A stretch of 32,000 nt of DNA, from positions 450,001-482,000 of the forward strand of contig NC_000962.3 of the NCBI RefSeq assembly GCF_000195955.2, given 5' to 3'. The DNA is from Mycobacterium tuberculosis H37Rv (GTDB lineage Bacteria > Actinomycetota > Actinomycetes > Mycobacteriales > Mycobacteriaceae). The notes under the pieces are model-generated. The model saw only the letters and a program-made list of their open reading frames with translations. It was not told where the DNA came from and did not search any database. Every line of letters starts with the position of its first letter. The stretch's first letter is position 1. Shown one piece after another: positions 9,456-19,594 of this stretch. Position numbers and translations under genes: made by a program.

Positions 9456-12002
9456 TCAGCCCAGGATCAGCGAGTCGGCGTCGGGGCTGACGTTGACCGG
9501 CACGGTATCGCCGTCGTGCACCTGGCCGGCCAACAGCATCTTGGCCAGCTGGTCACCGATGGCCTGCTGCACCAGCCGGCGCAACGGCCGCGCCCCGTAC
9601 ACCGGGTCGAATCCGCGCTGCGCCAACCAGCGCTTGGCCGGCAGCGAGACCTGCAGCTGCAGCCGCCGCTGCGCCAGCCGCTTGCCCAGCTGCGCCAGCT
9701 GGATGTCGACGATGCGCACCAGCTCTTCGGGGTTGAGACCCTCAAAGATGAGCACGTCGTCGAGCCGGTTGATGAACTCCGGCTTGAACGTAGCGCGCAC
9801 CGCGGCCAGCACCTGCTCGGCGCTGCCACCCGACCCCAGGTTGGACGTCAGGATCAAGATGGTGTTGCGGAAGTCGACCGTGCGGCCGTGCCCGTCGGTG
9901 AGCCGGCCCTCGTCGAGGACCTGCAGCAGCACGTCGAACACGTCCGGGTGCGCCTTCTCGATCTCGTCGAACAGCACCACCGTGTAGGGACGCCGGCGCA
10001 CCGCCTCGGTCAGCTGACCGCCCGCCTCGTATCCCACATAGCCGGGCGGGGCGCCGATCAACCGAGCCACGGTGTGCTTCTCGCCGTACTCGCTCATGTC
10101 GATGCGGACCATCGCCCGCTCGTCGTCGAACAGGAAGTCGGCCAGCGCCTTGGCCAGCTCGGTCTTGCCGACACCGGTCGGGCCGAGGAACATGAACGCC
10201 CCGGTGGGCCGGTTGGGGTCGGACACCCCGGCCCGGCTGCGCCGCACCGCATCAGAGACTGCGGTAACCGCGGCCTTCTGCCCGATGACCCGCTTGCCCA
10301 GCTCGTCTTCCATGCGCAGCAGCTTGGCGGTCTCGCCTTCCAGCAGCCGACCGGCCGGGATGCCGGTCCACGCCGACACCACGTCGGCGATGTCGTCGGG
10401 ACCGACCTCCTCCTTGAGCATCACCTGCTCCCGGGCCTGCGCCTGCGGCAACGCCGCGTCGAGCTTCTTCTCCACCTCGGGGATGCGTCCGTAGCGCAGC
10501 TCGGCGGCCTTGGCCAGGTCGCCGTCGCGTTCGGCCCGCTCGGATTCCCCGCGCAGGGCTTCCAGCTGCTCCTTGAGGTCGCGGACGATTTCGATCGCGT
10601 TCTTCTCGTTCTGCCAGCGGGTGGTGAGCTCGGCCAACTTCTCTTTCTGGTCGGCCAGCTCGGAGCGCAGCTTGGCCAACCGCTCCGCCGACGCCTCGTC
10701 TTCTTCTTTGGACAGCGCCATCTCTTCGATCTCCAGCCGGCGCACCAGCCGCTCGACCTCGTCGATCTCGACGGGCCGCGAGTCGATCTCCATCCGCAGC
10801 CGGCTGGCCGCCTCGTCGACCAGGTCGATGGCCTTGTCGGGCAGGAAGCGGGCGGTGATATACCGGTCGCTCAAAGTGGCAGCTGCCACCAGCGCCGAGT
10901 CGGTGATGCGCACCCCGTGGTGCACCTCGTAGCGGTCTTTGAGCCCGCGCAGGATGCCGATGGTGTCCTCCACCGACGGCTCGCCGACGTACACCTGTTG
11001 GAAACGGCGCTCGAGCGCGGCGTCCTTCTCGATGTGCTTGCGGTATTCGTCCAGCGTGGTCGCCCCGACCAGCCGTAACTCGCCGCGGGCCAGCATCGGC
11101 TTGATCATGTTGCCGGCGTCCATCGCCCCCTCGCCGGTGGCGCCGGCGCCGACGATGGTGTGCAGCTCGTCGATGAACGTGATGATTTGGCCGGCCGAGT
11201 TCTTGATGTCGTCGAGGACGGCCTTGAGCCGTTCCTCGAATTCGCCGCGGTATTTGGAGCCGGCGACCATCGAGCCGAGATCGAGCGCGACGATGGTCTT
11301 GTCGCGCAAGCTCTCCGGCACGTCGCCGGCCACGATGCGCTGCGCCAGGCCCTCCACGATCGCGGTCTTGCCGACGCCGGGCTCACCGATCAGCACCGGG
11401 TTGTTCTTGGTGCGACGGGACAGCACCTGCACCACGCGGCGGATCTCGTTGTCGCGGCCGATGACCGGGTCGAGTTTGCCTTCGCGGGCGCGGGCGGTCA
11501 GGTCGGTGGAGTACTTCTGCAGCGCCTGATAGGTCGCCTCCGGTTCGGGGCTGGTGACCCGGGCGCTGCCGCGCACCTTGACGAACGCCTCCCGCAGCGC
11601 CTGCGGCGAGGCGCCGTGGCCGGTCAACAGCTTGGCGACGTCGGAGTCACCGGTGGCCAGCCCGACCATCACGTGCTCGGTGGAGACGTACTCGTCGTCC
11701 AGCTCGGTGGCCAGCTGCTGCGCGGTGGTGATCGCCGCTAACGACTCGCGGGACAGCTGCGGCTGCGTGCTGGCTCCAGTCGCCTGCGGCAAACGGTCGA
11801 GCAGGCGCTGGGTTTCGGCGCGGACGGTGGCGGGCTCGACACCGACAGCCTCCAGTAGCGGTGCGGCGATACCGTCGTTTTGGGTCAGCAGCGCCATCAG
11901 CAGGTGAGCGGGCCGGATCTCGGGATTGCCGGCGGTCGAAGCCGCCTGTAACGCCGCGGTTAGCGCCGCCTGCGTCTTGGTCGTCGGGTTAAACGAGTCC
12001 AC
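9456..12002 (-). CDS. clpB: ClpB AAA+ disaggregase (Rv0384c)
   Basis: GTG at 12002 gives [19 protein letters not shown], 848 aa. Walker [14 protein letters not shown] and [13 protein letters not shown]. The track's 877-aa ORF begins upstream. Confidence 0.98.
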   Translation of the reverse strand: MDSFNPTTKTQAALTAALQAASTAGNPEIRPAHLLMALLTQNDGIAAPLLEAVGVEPATVRAETQRLLDRLPQATGASTQPQLSRESLAAITTAQQLATELDDEYVSTEHVMVGLATGDSDVAKLLTGHGASPQALREAFVKVRGSARVTSPEPEATYQALQKYSTDLTARAREGKLDPVIGRDNEIRRVVQVLSRRTKNNPVLIGEPGVGKTAIVEGLAQRIVAGDVPESLRDKTIVALDLGSMVAGSKYRGEFEERLKAVLDDIKNSAGQIITFIDELHTIVGAGATGEGAMDAGNMIKPMLARGELRLVGATTLDEYRKHIEKDAALERRFQQVYVGEPSVEDTIGILRGLKDRYEVHHGVRITDSALVAAATLSDRYITARFLPDKAIDLVDEAASRLRMEIDSRPVEIDEVERLVRRLEIEEMALSKEEDEASAERLAKLRSELADQKEKLAELTTRWQNEKNAIEIVRDLKEQLEALRGESERAERDGDLAKAAELRYGRIPEVEKKLDAALPQAQAREQVMLKEEVGPDDIADVVSAWTGIPAGRLLEGETAKLLRMEDELGKRVIGQKAAVTAVSDAVRRSRAGVSDPNRPTGAFMFLGPTGVGKTELAKALADFLFDDERAMVRIDMSEYGEKHTVARLIGAPPGYVGYEAGGQLTEAVRRRPYTVVLFDEIEKAHPDVFDVLLQVLDEGRLTDGHGRTVDFRNTILILTSNLGSGGSAEQVLAAVRATFKPEFINRLDDVLIFEGLNPEELVRIVDIQLAQLGKRLAQRRLQLQVSLPAKRWLAQRGFDPVYGARPLRRLVQQAIGDQLAKMLLAGQVHDGDTVPVNVSPDADSLILG

Positions 12003-12047
12003 GACACCTCCATTCGGGGTCCGTTCGAAATGCTTGTCGGGTTGTTC

Positions 12048-12073
12048 AACGCCGTCAATGTTGAGTCTGTTCC
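12048..12073 (-). promoter_or_regulatory. Candidate SigH-type promoter for clpB
   Basis: On the minus strand GGAACA (12073..12068), 16-nt spacer, CGTT (12051..12048), compared with the SigH consensus GGAAYA-N16-20-CGTT; 46 to 71 nt upstream of the GTG start. Confidence 0.7.
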
Positions 12074-12079
12074 GCTCAA
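12061..12079. promoter_or_regulatory. HAIR-like HspR binding site
   Basis: TTGAGT-N7-GCTCAA, matching CTTGAGT-N7-ACTCAAG at the core positions, and overlapping the candidate SigH -35. Confidence 0.75.
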
Positions 12080-12134
12080 TTTTACCCACTTGTGCATCCG
12101 CCGCCGTTTCGCCGCGAGCTTAGAATCGAGGTCC

Positions 12135-13307
12135 GTGGGCCTCGAGGACCGGGACGCGTTGCGGGTGTTGCAAAACGCCTTCAAGCTCGACGACCCGGAA
12201 CTGGTCCGCCGCTTCTATGCCCATTGGTTTGCCCTCGACGCCTCGGTACGCGACCTGTTCCCACCCGACATGGGCGCCCAGCGAGCCGCTTTCGGGCAGG
12301 CGCTGCACTGGGTGTACGGCGAGCTGGTGGCGCAGCGCGCCGAGGAACCGGTGGCCTTTCTTGCCCAGCTCGGCCGCGACCACCGCAAATACGGTGTGCT
12401 GCCAACCCAGTACGACACGTTGCGCCGCGCGCTGTATACGACCCTGCGTGACTATCTGGGCCATCCAAGCCGGGGCGCCTGGACGGACGCCGTCGACGAG
12501 GCCGCCGGCCAGTCGCTCAACCTGATCATCGGGGTGATGAGCGGTGCCGCGGACGCCGATGACGCGCCCGCCTGGTGGGACGGCACGGTCGTCGAGCACA
12601 TCCGGGTGTCACGCGACCTTGCTGTCGCTCGGCTGCAGCTGGACCGCCCGCTGCACTATTACCCTGGCCAATACGTCAACGTGCATGTTCCGCAATGCCC
12701 CCGCCGGTGGCGATATCTCAGCCCAGCCATTCCGGCCGACCCGAACGGGCGGATCGAGTTTCACGTCCGGGTGGTTCCCGGTGGCCTGGTCAGCAACGCC
12801 ATCGTGGGTGAAACTCGGCCCGGTGACCGGTGGCGATTGTCCGGTCCGCACGGAGCCTTTCGGGTGGACCGCGACGGCGGCGACGTGCTCATGGTCGCCG
12901 GTAGCACCGGGCTGGCGCCGCTGCGGGCGCTGATCATCGACCTCAGCCGCTTCGCGGTGAATCCGCGCGTGCACCTGTTCTTCGGAGCACGCTATGCCTG
13001 CGAACTCTACGACCTGCCCACGCTGTGGCAGATCGCGGCGCACAATCCGTGGCTGTCGGTCTCGCCGGTGTCGGAGTACAACGGTGATCCGGCTTGGGCC
13101 GCCGACTATCCCGACGTGTCGGCGCCGCGCGGTCTGCACGTGCGCCAGACCGGCCGACTACCCGATGTGGTCTCCCGATACGGCGGCTGGGGCGATCGGC
13201 AGATTCTGATCTGCGGTGGACCGGCCATGGTCCGCGCCACCAAGGCCGCCCTGATCGCCAAAGGCGCGCCACCGGAGCGCATTCAGCACGACCCACTGTC
13301 GCGCTAG
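12135..13307 (+). CDS. Flavohemoglobin-like protein: globin domain plus FAD/NAD(P) reductase (Rv0385-like)
   Basis: GTG at 12135 gives 390 aa. N-terminal globin-like segment (VRRFYAHWFALDASVRDLFPPDM...), RRWRYLSPA flavin-binding-like motif, MVAGSTGLAPLRALI and ILICGGPAMV reductase motifs. Confidence 0.88.
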   Translation: MGLEDRDALRVLQNAFKLDDPELVRRFYAHWFALDASVRDLFPPDMGAQRAAFGQALHWVYGELVAQRAEEPVAFLAQLGRDHRKYGVLPTQYDTLRRALYTTLRDYLGHPSRGAWTDAVDEAAGQSLNLIIGVMSGAADADDAPAWWDGTVVEHIRVSRDLAVARLQLDRPLHYYPGQYVNVHVPQCPRRWRYLSPAIPADPNGRIEFHVRVVPGGLVSNAIVGETRPGDRWRLSGPHGAFRVDRDGGDVLMVAGSTGLAPLRALIIDLSRFAVNPRVHLFFGARYACELYDLPTLWQIAAHNPWLSVSPVSEYNGDPAWAADYPDVSAPRGLHVRQTGRLPDVVSRYGGWGDRQILICGGPAMVRATKAALIAKGAPPERIQHDPLSR

Positions 13308-13410
13308 CCGGGCGGAAATCCACCGTCCGGTGGCGTCGCTTCGACATGGCATACGGCCTTTGCTACCCGGTCACCGCTGGCTAGCATGAGTGCGACTGAG
13401 TGGAGCGGGG

Positions 13411-16400
13411 ATGAGCAAGTTGCTGCCACGGGGCACAGTGACATTGCTGTTGGCCGACGTCGAGGGATCCACCTGGCTGTGGGAGACCCATCCAGACGAC
13501 ATGGGTGCTGCCGTGGCGCGCCTCGACAAAGCCGTGTCTGGTGTGATTGCCGCCCATGACGGCGTACGCCCAGTCGAGCAGGGTGAGGGTGATAGCTTTG
13601 TCCTCGCGTTCGCCTGCGCGTCGGATGCCGTGGCCGCCGCGTTGGACTTGCAGCGAGCGCGGCTCGCACCGATCCGGTTGCGCATAGGCGTGCACACCGG
13701 GGAGGTCGCGCTCCGCGACGAAGGCAACTATGCCGGTCCGACCATCAACCGGACCGCGCGCCTGCGTGACTTGGCGCATGGGGGCCAGACGGTGCTCTCG
13801 GGCGTGACCGAAAGCCTGGTCATCGATCGCCTCCCGGACAAAGCATGGCTGGTTGACCTGGGGACGCACGCGCTGCGGGATCTGTCGCGTCCGGAGCGGG
13901 TAATGCAGCTGTGTCATCCCGAATTGCGTATCGATTTCCCGCCGCTGCGGGTGGCCAATGACGATGTGGCCCATGGTCTTCCGGTGCACCTGACGCGTTT
14001 TGTGGGGCGCGGCGCGCAGATCACCGAGGTGCACCGGTTGGTGACCGATAACCGGTTGGTGACCCTGACCGGCGCCGGCGGCGTGGGCAAGACACGGCTG
14101 GCGGCGCAGCTCGCGGCGCAGATCGCCGGTGAGTTCGGTCGCGCGTGGTTCGTGGATCTGGCGCCGATCACGGACCCCGACTTGGTGCCGGTCACGGTGG
14201 CGGGCGCGCTGGGACTGCACGACCAGCCGGGCCGCTCCACGACGGACACCGTGCTGCGCTTTCTTGGCGGGCGTCCAGCCCTGGTGGTGCTGGATAACTG
14301 CGAGCACCTGCTGGATGCGACGGCGGCCTTGGTGTTAGCGCTGGTGAAAGCGTGCCGGGGGGTGAGGTTGCTGGCAACTTGTCGTGAGCCGCTCCGGGTC
14401 GAGGGTGAGGTGAGCTACCGGGTGCCGTCGCTGTCACTGAGCGATGAAGCCGTTGAGATGTTTTGCTACCGGGCTCAGCGAGTCCGGCCGGACTTTCGCC
14501 TCACCGACGACAACTCCGCCGCAGTGACCGAGATCTGCAAACGGCTGGACGGTTTGCCGCTGGCGATCGAGCTGGCGGCTGCGCGGCTGCGGTCGATGAC
14601 GCTTGACGAGATCATCGATGGCTTGCGTGACCGGTTCGCGCTGTTGACCGGCGGTGCGCGCACGGCCGCGCACCGGCAGCAGACGCTGTGGGCCTCGGTG
14701 GATTGGTCGTACACGCTATTGACCGAGCCGGAACGTACCTTGTTTCGCCGGCTTGCGGTGTTTGTGGGTTGCTTTTTTGTCGACGACGCACAGGCGGTTG
14801 CCTGCAGCGGCGATGTGCAGCGCTACCAGGTCCTTGACGAGATCACCCTGCTGGTCGACAAGTCACTGGTGATGGCCGACGACAACAGCGGCCGGACGTG
14901 CTATCGGTTATGCGAGACGATGCGCCACTACGCGTTGGAAAAACTCTCCGAGGCTGGCGAGGTGGACGCCGTGTTTGCGCGGCACCGTGACTACTACACG
15001 GCGCTGGCTGCCAGGGTCGACAATCCCGGACCCTCCGATTATTCGCACTGCCTCGACCAAGCCGAAACCGAGATCGACAACCTACGTGCCGCCTTTGTGT
15101 GGAACCGGGAAAATTCCGACACCGAGGGCGCCTTGGCGCTGGCGTCCTCCCTGTTGCGGGTATGGATGACGCGGGGGCGCATCCAGGAGGGGCGCGCCTG
15201 GTTTGACAGCATTCTTGCCGACGAGAATGCGCGTCATCTCGAGGTGGCGGCCGCGGTGCGCGCCCGGGCATTGGCCGACAAGGCCCTGCTCGACATCTTC
15301 GTCGACGCCGCCGCCGGTATGGAGCAGGCCCAACAGGCTTTGGTGATCGCGCGCGAGGTCGATGAACCGGCGCTGCTGTCCCGGGCGCTCACGGCCTGCG
15401 GCTTGATCGCGGTAGCGGTAGCTCGCGCCGATGCGGCCGCGTCTTATTTCGCCGAGGCGATCGACCTGGCACGAGCGGTAGACGACCGGTGGAGGCTGGC
15501 CCAGATCCTTACCTTTCAGGCGGTCGATGCGGTCGTGGCGGGTGACCCGGTCGCGGCACGCCCGGCCGCCCAAGAGGCACGCGAGCTGGCTGCCGCGATC
15601 GGTGACCACTCCAATGCGCTGTGGTGCCGCTGGTGTCTCGGCTACGCCCAGCTGATGCGGGGGGAGCTGGCCGCGGCCGCCGCCCAATTCGGCGAGGTGG
15701 TGGACGAGGCCGAGGCGTCTCAGGAAGTGCTGCACAAGGCCAACAGCCTGCAGGGCCTGGCCTTCGCGCTCGCCTACCAGGGTGAATTGAGTGCGGCTAG
15801 GGCGGCGGCCGACGCCGCTCTCGAGGCCGCCGAGCTGGGCGAGTACTTCGCGGGTATGGGCTACTCGGCGTTGACCACGGCCGCGTTGGCCGCCGGCGAC
15901 GTGCAGACGGCTCAACATGCCAGCGAGGCGGCCTGGCGGAACTTGAGTTTGGCGCTGCCCCTCTCGGCAGCGGTGCAGCGCGCGTTCAATGCCCAGGCTG
16001 CACTGGCTGGTGGTGACCTTAGCGCAGCGCGTCGTTGGTGTGACGATGCCGTGCAGTCAATGACCGGCCATCATCTGGCGATGGCGCTGGCGACTCGCGC
16101 CAGGATCGCGGTCGCCGAGGGCAAGCGGGAAGAAGCCGAACGCGACGCGCATAAGGCGCTCGCGTGCGCGGCCGAGAGCGGGGCACACCTGGATCTCCCC
16201 GACGTGCTCGAATGCCTTGCCGGCCTGGCCAGCGACGCCGGCACCCACCATGCGGCGGCACGACTCTTCGGCGCCGCCGAGGCTATCCGACAGCAGATCG
16301 GCTCGGTCCGCTTCGCGATTTACCGTTCGGACTATGTGCAGTCGGTGACGGCTCTGCGAGATGCGATGGGGGAGAAAGACTTCGACGCTGCATGGGCCGA

Positions 16401-16668
16401 AGGTGCCGCGTTGTCGATCAAGGAGACGATCGCCTATGCGCAACGTGGCCACTCCTGGCGCAAACGACCGGCCACCGGTTGGGAATCGCTTACTCCGACC
16501 GAGATTGACGTCGTGCGACTGGTTGGCGAGGGACTGGCCAACAAGGACATCGCGACGCGGCTTTTCGTCTCACCGCGAACAGTGCAAACGCACCTGACGC
16601 ACGTCTACACCAAACTCGGCTTCACCTCGCGACTGCAACTCGCTCAAGCGGCCGCCCGCCGTACCTGA
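13411..16668 (+). CDS. Class III adenylyl cyclase, NB-ARC-type ATPase and C-terminal LuxR HTH multidomain regulator (Rv0386-like)
   Basis: 1085 aa from ATG 13411. Cyclase motifs LLLADVEGST, EGDSF, NRTARLR; P-loop LTGAGGVGKTRLA; LuxR HTH LTPTEIDVVRLVGEGLANKDIATRLFVSPRTVQTHLTHVYTKLG. Confidence 0.95.
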   Translation: MSKLLPRGTVTLLLADVEGSTWLWETHPDDMGAAVARLDKAVSGVIAAHDGVRPVEQGEGDSFVLAFACASDAVAAALDLQRARLAPIRLRIGVHTGEVALRDEGNYAGPTINRTARLRDLAHGGQTVLSGVTESLVIDRLPDKAWLVDLGTHALRDLSRPERVMQLCHPELRIDFPPLRVANDDVAHGLPVHLTRFVGRGAQITEVHRLVTDNRLVTLTGAGGVGKTRLAAQLAAQIAGEFGRAWFVDLAPITDPDLVPVTVAGALGLHDQPGRSTTDTVLRFLGGRPALVVLDNCEHLLDATAALVLALVKACRGVRLLATCREPLRVEGEVSYRVPSLSLSDEAVEMFCYRAQRVRPDFRLTDDNSAAVTEICKRLDGLPLAIELAAARLRSMTLDEIIDGLRDRFALLTGGARTAAHRQQTLWASVDWSYTLLTEPERTLFRRLAVFVGCFFVDDAQAVACSGDVQRYQVLDEITLLVDKSLVMADDNSGRTCYRLCETMRHYALEKLSEAGEVDAVFARHRDYYTALAARVDNPGPSDYSHCLDQAETEIDNLRAAFVWNRENSDTEGALALASSLLRVWMTRGRIQEGRAWFDSILADENARHLEVAAAVRARALADKALLDIFVDAAAGMEQAQQALVIAREVDEPALLSRALTACGLIAVAVARADAAASYFAEAIDLARAVDDRWRLAQILTFQAVDAVVAGDPVAARPAAQEARELAAAIGDHSNALWCRWCLGYAQLMRGELAAAAAQFGEVVDEAEASQEVLHKANSLQGLAFALAYQGELSAARAAADAALEAAELGEYFAGMGYSALTTAALAAGDVQTAQHASEAAWRNLSLALPLSAAVQRAFNAQAALAGGDLSAARRWCDDAVQSMTGHHLAMALATRARIAVAEGKREEAERDAHKALACAAESGAHLDLPDVLECLAGLASDAGTHHAAARLFGAAEAIRQQIGSVRFAIYRSDYVQSVTALRDAMGEKDFDAAWAEGAALSIKETIAYAQRGHSWRKRPATGWESLTPTEIDVVRLVGEGLANKDIATRLFVSPRTVQTHLTHVYTKLGFTSRLQLAQAAARRT

Positions 16669-16671
16669 GTG

Positions 16672-17406
16672 CTATTGATTGGCGTTCGGGGACGGCGGTA
16701 CCACGATGATGGTCGCTCCGGGGATCGCCGCCAGGGTCGCCGCAAGGTTGGCAACCACGCCGGGCGGCAAACCGGGCGGTAGGCCAGGTATGGCTGACCC
16801 GGCGGCCGCCGCGGGGACCGCGGGCGTCTGCTGGGCGGCGGGCCTGGTGGCAGCCGGGCCGGCTCCGCCGGCTCCGGCCGGGGCGGCTGCAGCCGGGGTC
16901 GGCGCGGAGCCACCGCGGGCGGCAAGACCGGCCAGACCGGTGCCGGCCAAACCCGCCGCTGCCAGGCCGGCGTAGGAGCCGTCCGAACTCCCCGTCATAT
17001 ACATCGGAGTCGCGCCGGGGAACATCGCCGCAACTTGGCGCACCGCTGGCGGAAGATTCCAGCTGTGCGGCACGGAGAGTCCGCCGATGTTAGCGGAGTA
17101 GCCGGTGAGCGCGGCGACCGGCGGCTGTGGCGGGCTGGTGACCCGTCCTCCGACCTCAGGGAGATCCCCGTCACCCGCGGCCCCAGCGGGTGTCTGGTCG
17201 GATTCGGCTGGGCAATGCGGCGCCTTTTGGGCCTCGTCGACCACGTCGTGGCGGTAGATCTCGCCGAGCTGCGCCGCCGATACCCCCAAACTGCCAGCCG
17301 CGACGGCTACAGCTGCGGCTACGAGAACGTCAAGATCCTCGATGGGGTTCGGAATGGCGTCGAAGGGCGGCGGTAGGAAGGACTGCAGGGTTGGTAGCAG
17401 GCTCAC
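16672..17406 (-). CDS. C-terminal PPE-SVP-like region as a separate frame (Rv0387c-like)
   Basis: The same frame is open up to 17631. Contains GGLSVPHSW, the PPE-SVP signature, and continues where the Rv0388c-like frame breaks. Confidence 0.7.
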   Translation of the reverse strand: MSLLPTLQSFLPPPFDAIPNPIEDLDVLVAAAVAVAAGSLGVSAAQLGEIYRHDVVDEAQKAPHCPAESDQTPAGAAGDGDLPEVGGRVTSPPQPPVAALTGYSANIGGLSVPHSWNLPPAVRQVAAMFPGATPMYMTGSSDGSYAGLAAAGLAGTGLAGLAARGGSAPTPAAAAPAGAGGAGPAATRPAAQQTPAVPAAAAGSAIPGLPPGLPPGVVANLAATLAAIPGATIIVVPPSPNANQ

Positions 17407-17458
17407 GTCGGTCGCCGCGGCGGCCGGTACTACCGCCTGAGCCGCTGTCGCGGCGGCG

Positions 17459-18001
17459 TCACTCAGCGACCCGGCCCCGCTGGTGGTCGCCGGTGGCGGG
17501 TGAACGGCGCAACTGGGACGCGGCCCCCGAGGCGCCCGCATAGCCGTCCATCGCCAAGATGTCATGGGCCCACATTTCGCCGTAGTGCGTTTCACTAGTC
17601 GCGATCGCCGGGGTGTTCTGTCCAAAAACATTGGTCTGGACCAGTGACAGCATTGTGCGGCGGTTGGCCGCGATTACCGTCGGGGGCACGGTCGCCGCGT
17701 ACGCCGACTCGTAGGCGTTCGCCGCGGCCACGGCCTGAGCCGCGGCCTGCTCGGCCGAGGCGGCGGTGGCCCTCATCCACGCGACATAGGGGACGGCCGC
17801 GGCCGCCATCGACAGTGCCGACGGGCCCAGCCAGTCATCGCCGGTGAGCCCGGAAATCACCGAGGAGTAGGAAGCCGCCGTCGCGGTCAGTTCGTTGGCC
17901 AGCCGTTGCCAGGCTGCGGCCGCTTGCATCAGGGGCCTGGAGCCGGGACCGGAATAGATTCTGGCGGAGTTGATTTCCGGTGGTAGCGCACCGAAATCCA
18001 T
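17459..18001 (-). CDS. PPE9: PPE-family protein N-terminal domain, truncated (PPE9, Rv0388c-like)
   Basis: 180 aa [38 protein letters not shown]...; canonical PPE start, then leaves the family pattern after [11 protein letters not shown]. Confidence 0.9.
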   Translation of the reverse strand: MDFGALPPEINSARIYSGPGSRPLMQAAAAWQRLANELTATAASYSSVISGLTGDDWLGPSALSMAAAAVPYVAWMRATAASAEQAAAQAVAAANAYESAYAATVPPTVIAANRRTMLSLVQTNVFGQNTPAIATSETHYGEMWAHDILAMDGYAGASGAASQLRRSPATGDHQRGRVAE

Positions 18002-18334
18002 GACTAGCCGCTCCTCACACCGGCAGCAGCCTCAGCGCTGCGTGGCTGGGTCGTCACGAAAGACACGGATTCTCCTTTGCCGAAGCTGTCCGGTCCGCGC
18101 AGGGTTCGTCGCTGCCGCGAGCCAGGCGACTGGGCGCATACCTATTCGGGTGGCGGCAACCATGTCGGAGCCGGATGGATGGCTAAGCGGTCATCAAGTT
18201 CGGATGGCTTGGGTTATCAGGTCACTCAGTTGCCCCCACCTCCTCATAGCAAAAGTACACAGGCAGATGTGAGCGGAGTTGCGAAAATAGACAAATAATT
18301 GAGCCGAGCAACGACCGAGCGAGAGGGTGAGCTG

Positions 18335-19594
18335 GTGATCGACGGCTGGACGGAAGAACAGCACGAACCCACCGTTAGGCATGAGCGCCCAGCAGCTCCC
18401 CAAGACGTTCGGCGGGTGATGTTGCTGGGTTCGGCCGAACCCAGCCGGGAGCTGGCGATCGCGTTGCAGGGCTTGGGCGCGGAGGTGATCGCCGTCGACG
18501 GCTATGTCGGCGCGCCTGCCCACCGGATAGCCGACCAGTCGGTGGTGGTCACCATGACCGATGCTGAAGAGCTGACGGCGGTGATCCGGCGGCTGCAACC
18601 GGATTTCTTGGTGACGGTCACCGCCGCGGTGTCTGTGGATGCTCTCGATGCCGTCGAGCAAGCCGACGGCGAGTGCACTGAGCTGGTGCCGAACGCCCGT
18701 GCCGTCCGGTGCACGGCCGACCGGGAGGGCCTGCGCCGGCTGGCCGCCGATCAGCTCGGCCTGCCCACAGCCCCGTTCTGGTTCGTCGGATCCCTTGGCG
18801 AACTTCAAGCGGTGGCCGTCCATGCTGGGTTTCCGTTGCTGGTGAGCCCGGTGGCAGGGGTGGCTGGCCAGGGTAGCTCGGTGGTCGCCGGGCCCAACGA
18901 GGTCGAGCCCGCCTGGCAGCGCGCGGCAGGCCATCAAGTACAGCCGCAGACTGGGGGAGTGAGCCCTCGGGTGTGCGCCGAGTCGGTGGTCGAGATCGAG
19001 TTTTTGGTCACCATGATCGTTGTGTGCAGTCAGGGCCCGAACGGGCCGCTCATCGAGTTCTGTGCACCTATCGGTCATCGCGACGCCGATGCCGGTGAGT
19101 TGGAATCCTGGCAACCGCAGAAGCTGAGCACGGCGGCGCTGGACGCGGCCAAGTCGATCGCCGCGCGCATCGTCAAGGCGCTCGGGGGACGCGGGGTTTT
19201 CGGCGTCGAATTGATGATCAACGGCGATGAGGTGTATTTCGCCGATGTCACCGTGTGTCCTGCCGGGAGTGCCTGGGTCACCGTGCGCAGCCAGCGGCTT
19301 TCGGTGTTCGAACTGCAGGCCCGGGCGATCCTGGGTCTGGCGGTGGACACCCTGATGATCTCGCCGGGTGCCGCGCGGGTGATCAACCCGGACCACACGG
19401 CAGGCCGGGCAGCGGTCGGCGCCGCACCACCTGCCGATGCGCTGACCGGTGCGCTCGGTGTGCCGGAAAGCGACGTCGTGATATTCGGCCGCGGGCTTGG
19501 GGTGGCGCTGGCCACCGCACCCGAGGTGGCAATCGCCCGCGAACGCGCCCGCGAAGTTGCATCTCGGCTAAATGTGCCAGACTCACGCGAGTGA
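18335..19594 (+). CDS. purT: Formate-dependent phosphoribosylglycinamide formyltransferase PurT (Rv0389-like)
   Basis: ATP-grasp protein, VMLLGSAEPSRELAIALQGLGAEVIAVDGYVGAPAHRIAD; 419 aa from GTG 18335, with an alternative ATG or GTG upstream as far as 18299. Confidence 0.93.
   Translation: MIDGWTEEQHEPTVRHERPAAPQDVRRVMLLGSAEPSRELAIALQGLGAEVIAVDGYVGAPAHRIADQSVVVTMTDAEELTAVIRRLQPDFLVTVTAAVSVDALDAVEQADGECTELVPNARAVRCTADREGLRRLAADQLGLPTAPFWFVGSLGELQAVAVHAGFPLLVSPVAGVAGQGSSVVAGPNEVEPAWQRAAGHQVQPQTGGVSPRVCAESVVEIEFLVTMIVVCSQGPNGPLIEFCAPIGHRDADAGELESWQPQKLSTAALDAAKSIAARIVKALGGRGVFGVELMINGDEVYFADVTVCPAGSAWVTVRSQRLSVFELQARAILGLAVDTLMISPGAARVINPDHTAGRAAVGAAPPADALTGALGVPESDVVIFGRGLGVALATAPEVAIARERAREVASRLNVPDSRE

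Noticed and set aside
9318-11078. Long 586-aa plus-strand ORF
   Set aside because: Fully antisense to clpB; high GC codon structure produces long shadow ORFs; no recognisable domain.
18002-18298. Possible riboswitch or small ORF (18077..18298) upstream of purT
   Set aside because: No recognised aptamer core or strong stem found by eye; the short ORF has no convincing features. TSS mapping and an Rfam/cmscan search would settle it.
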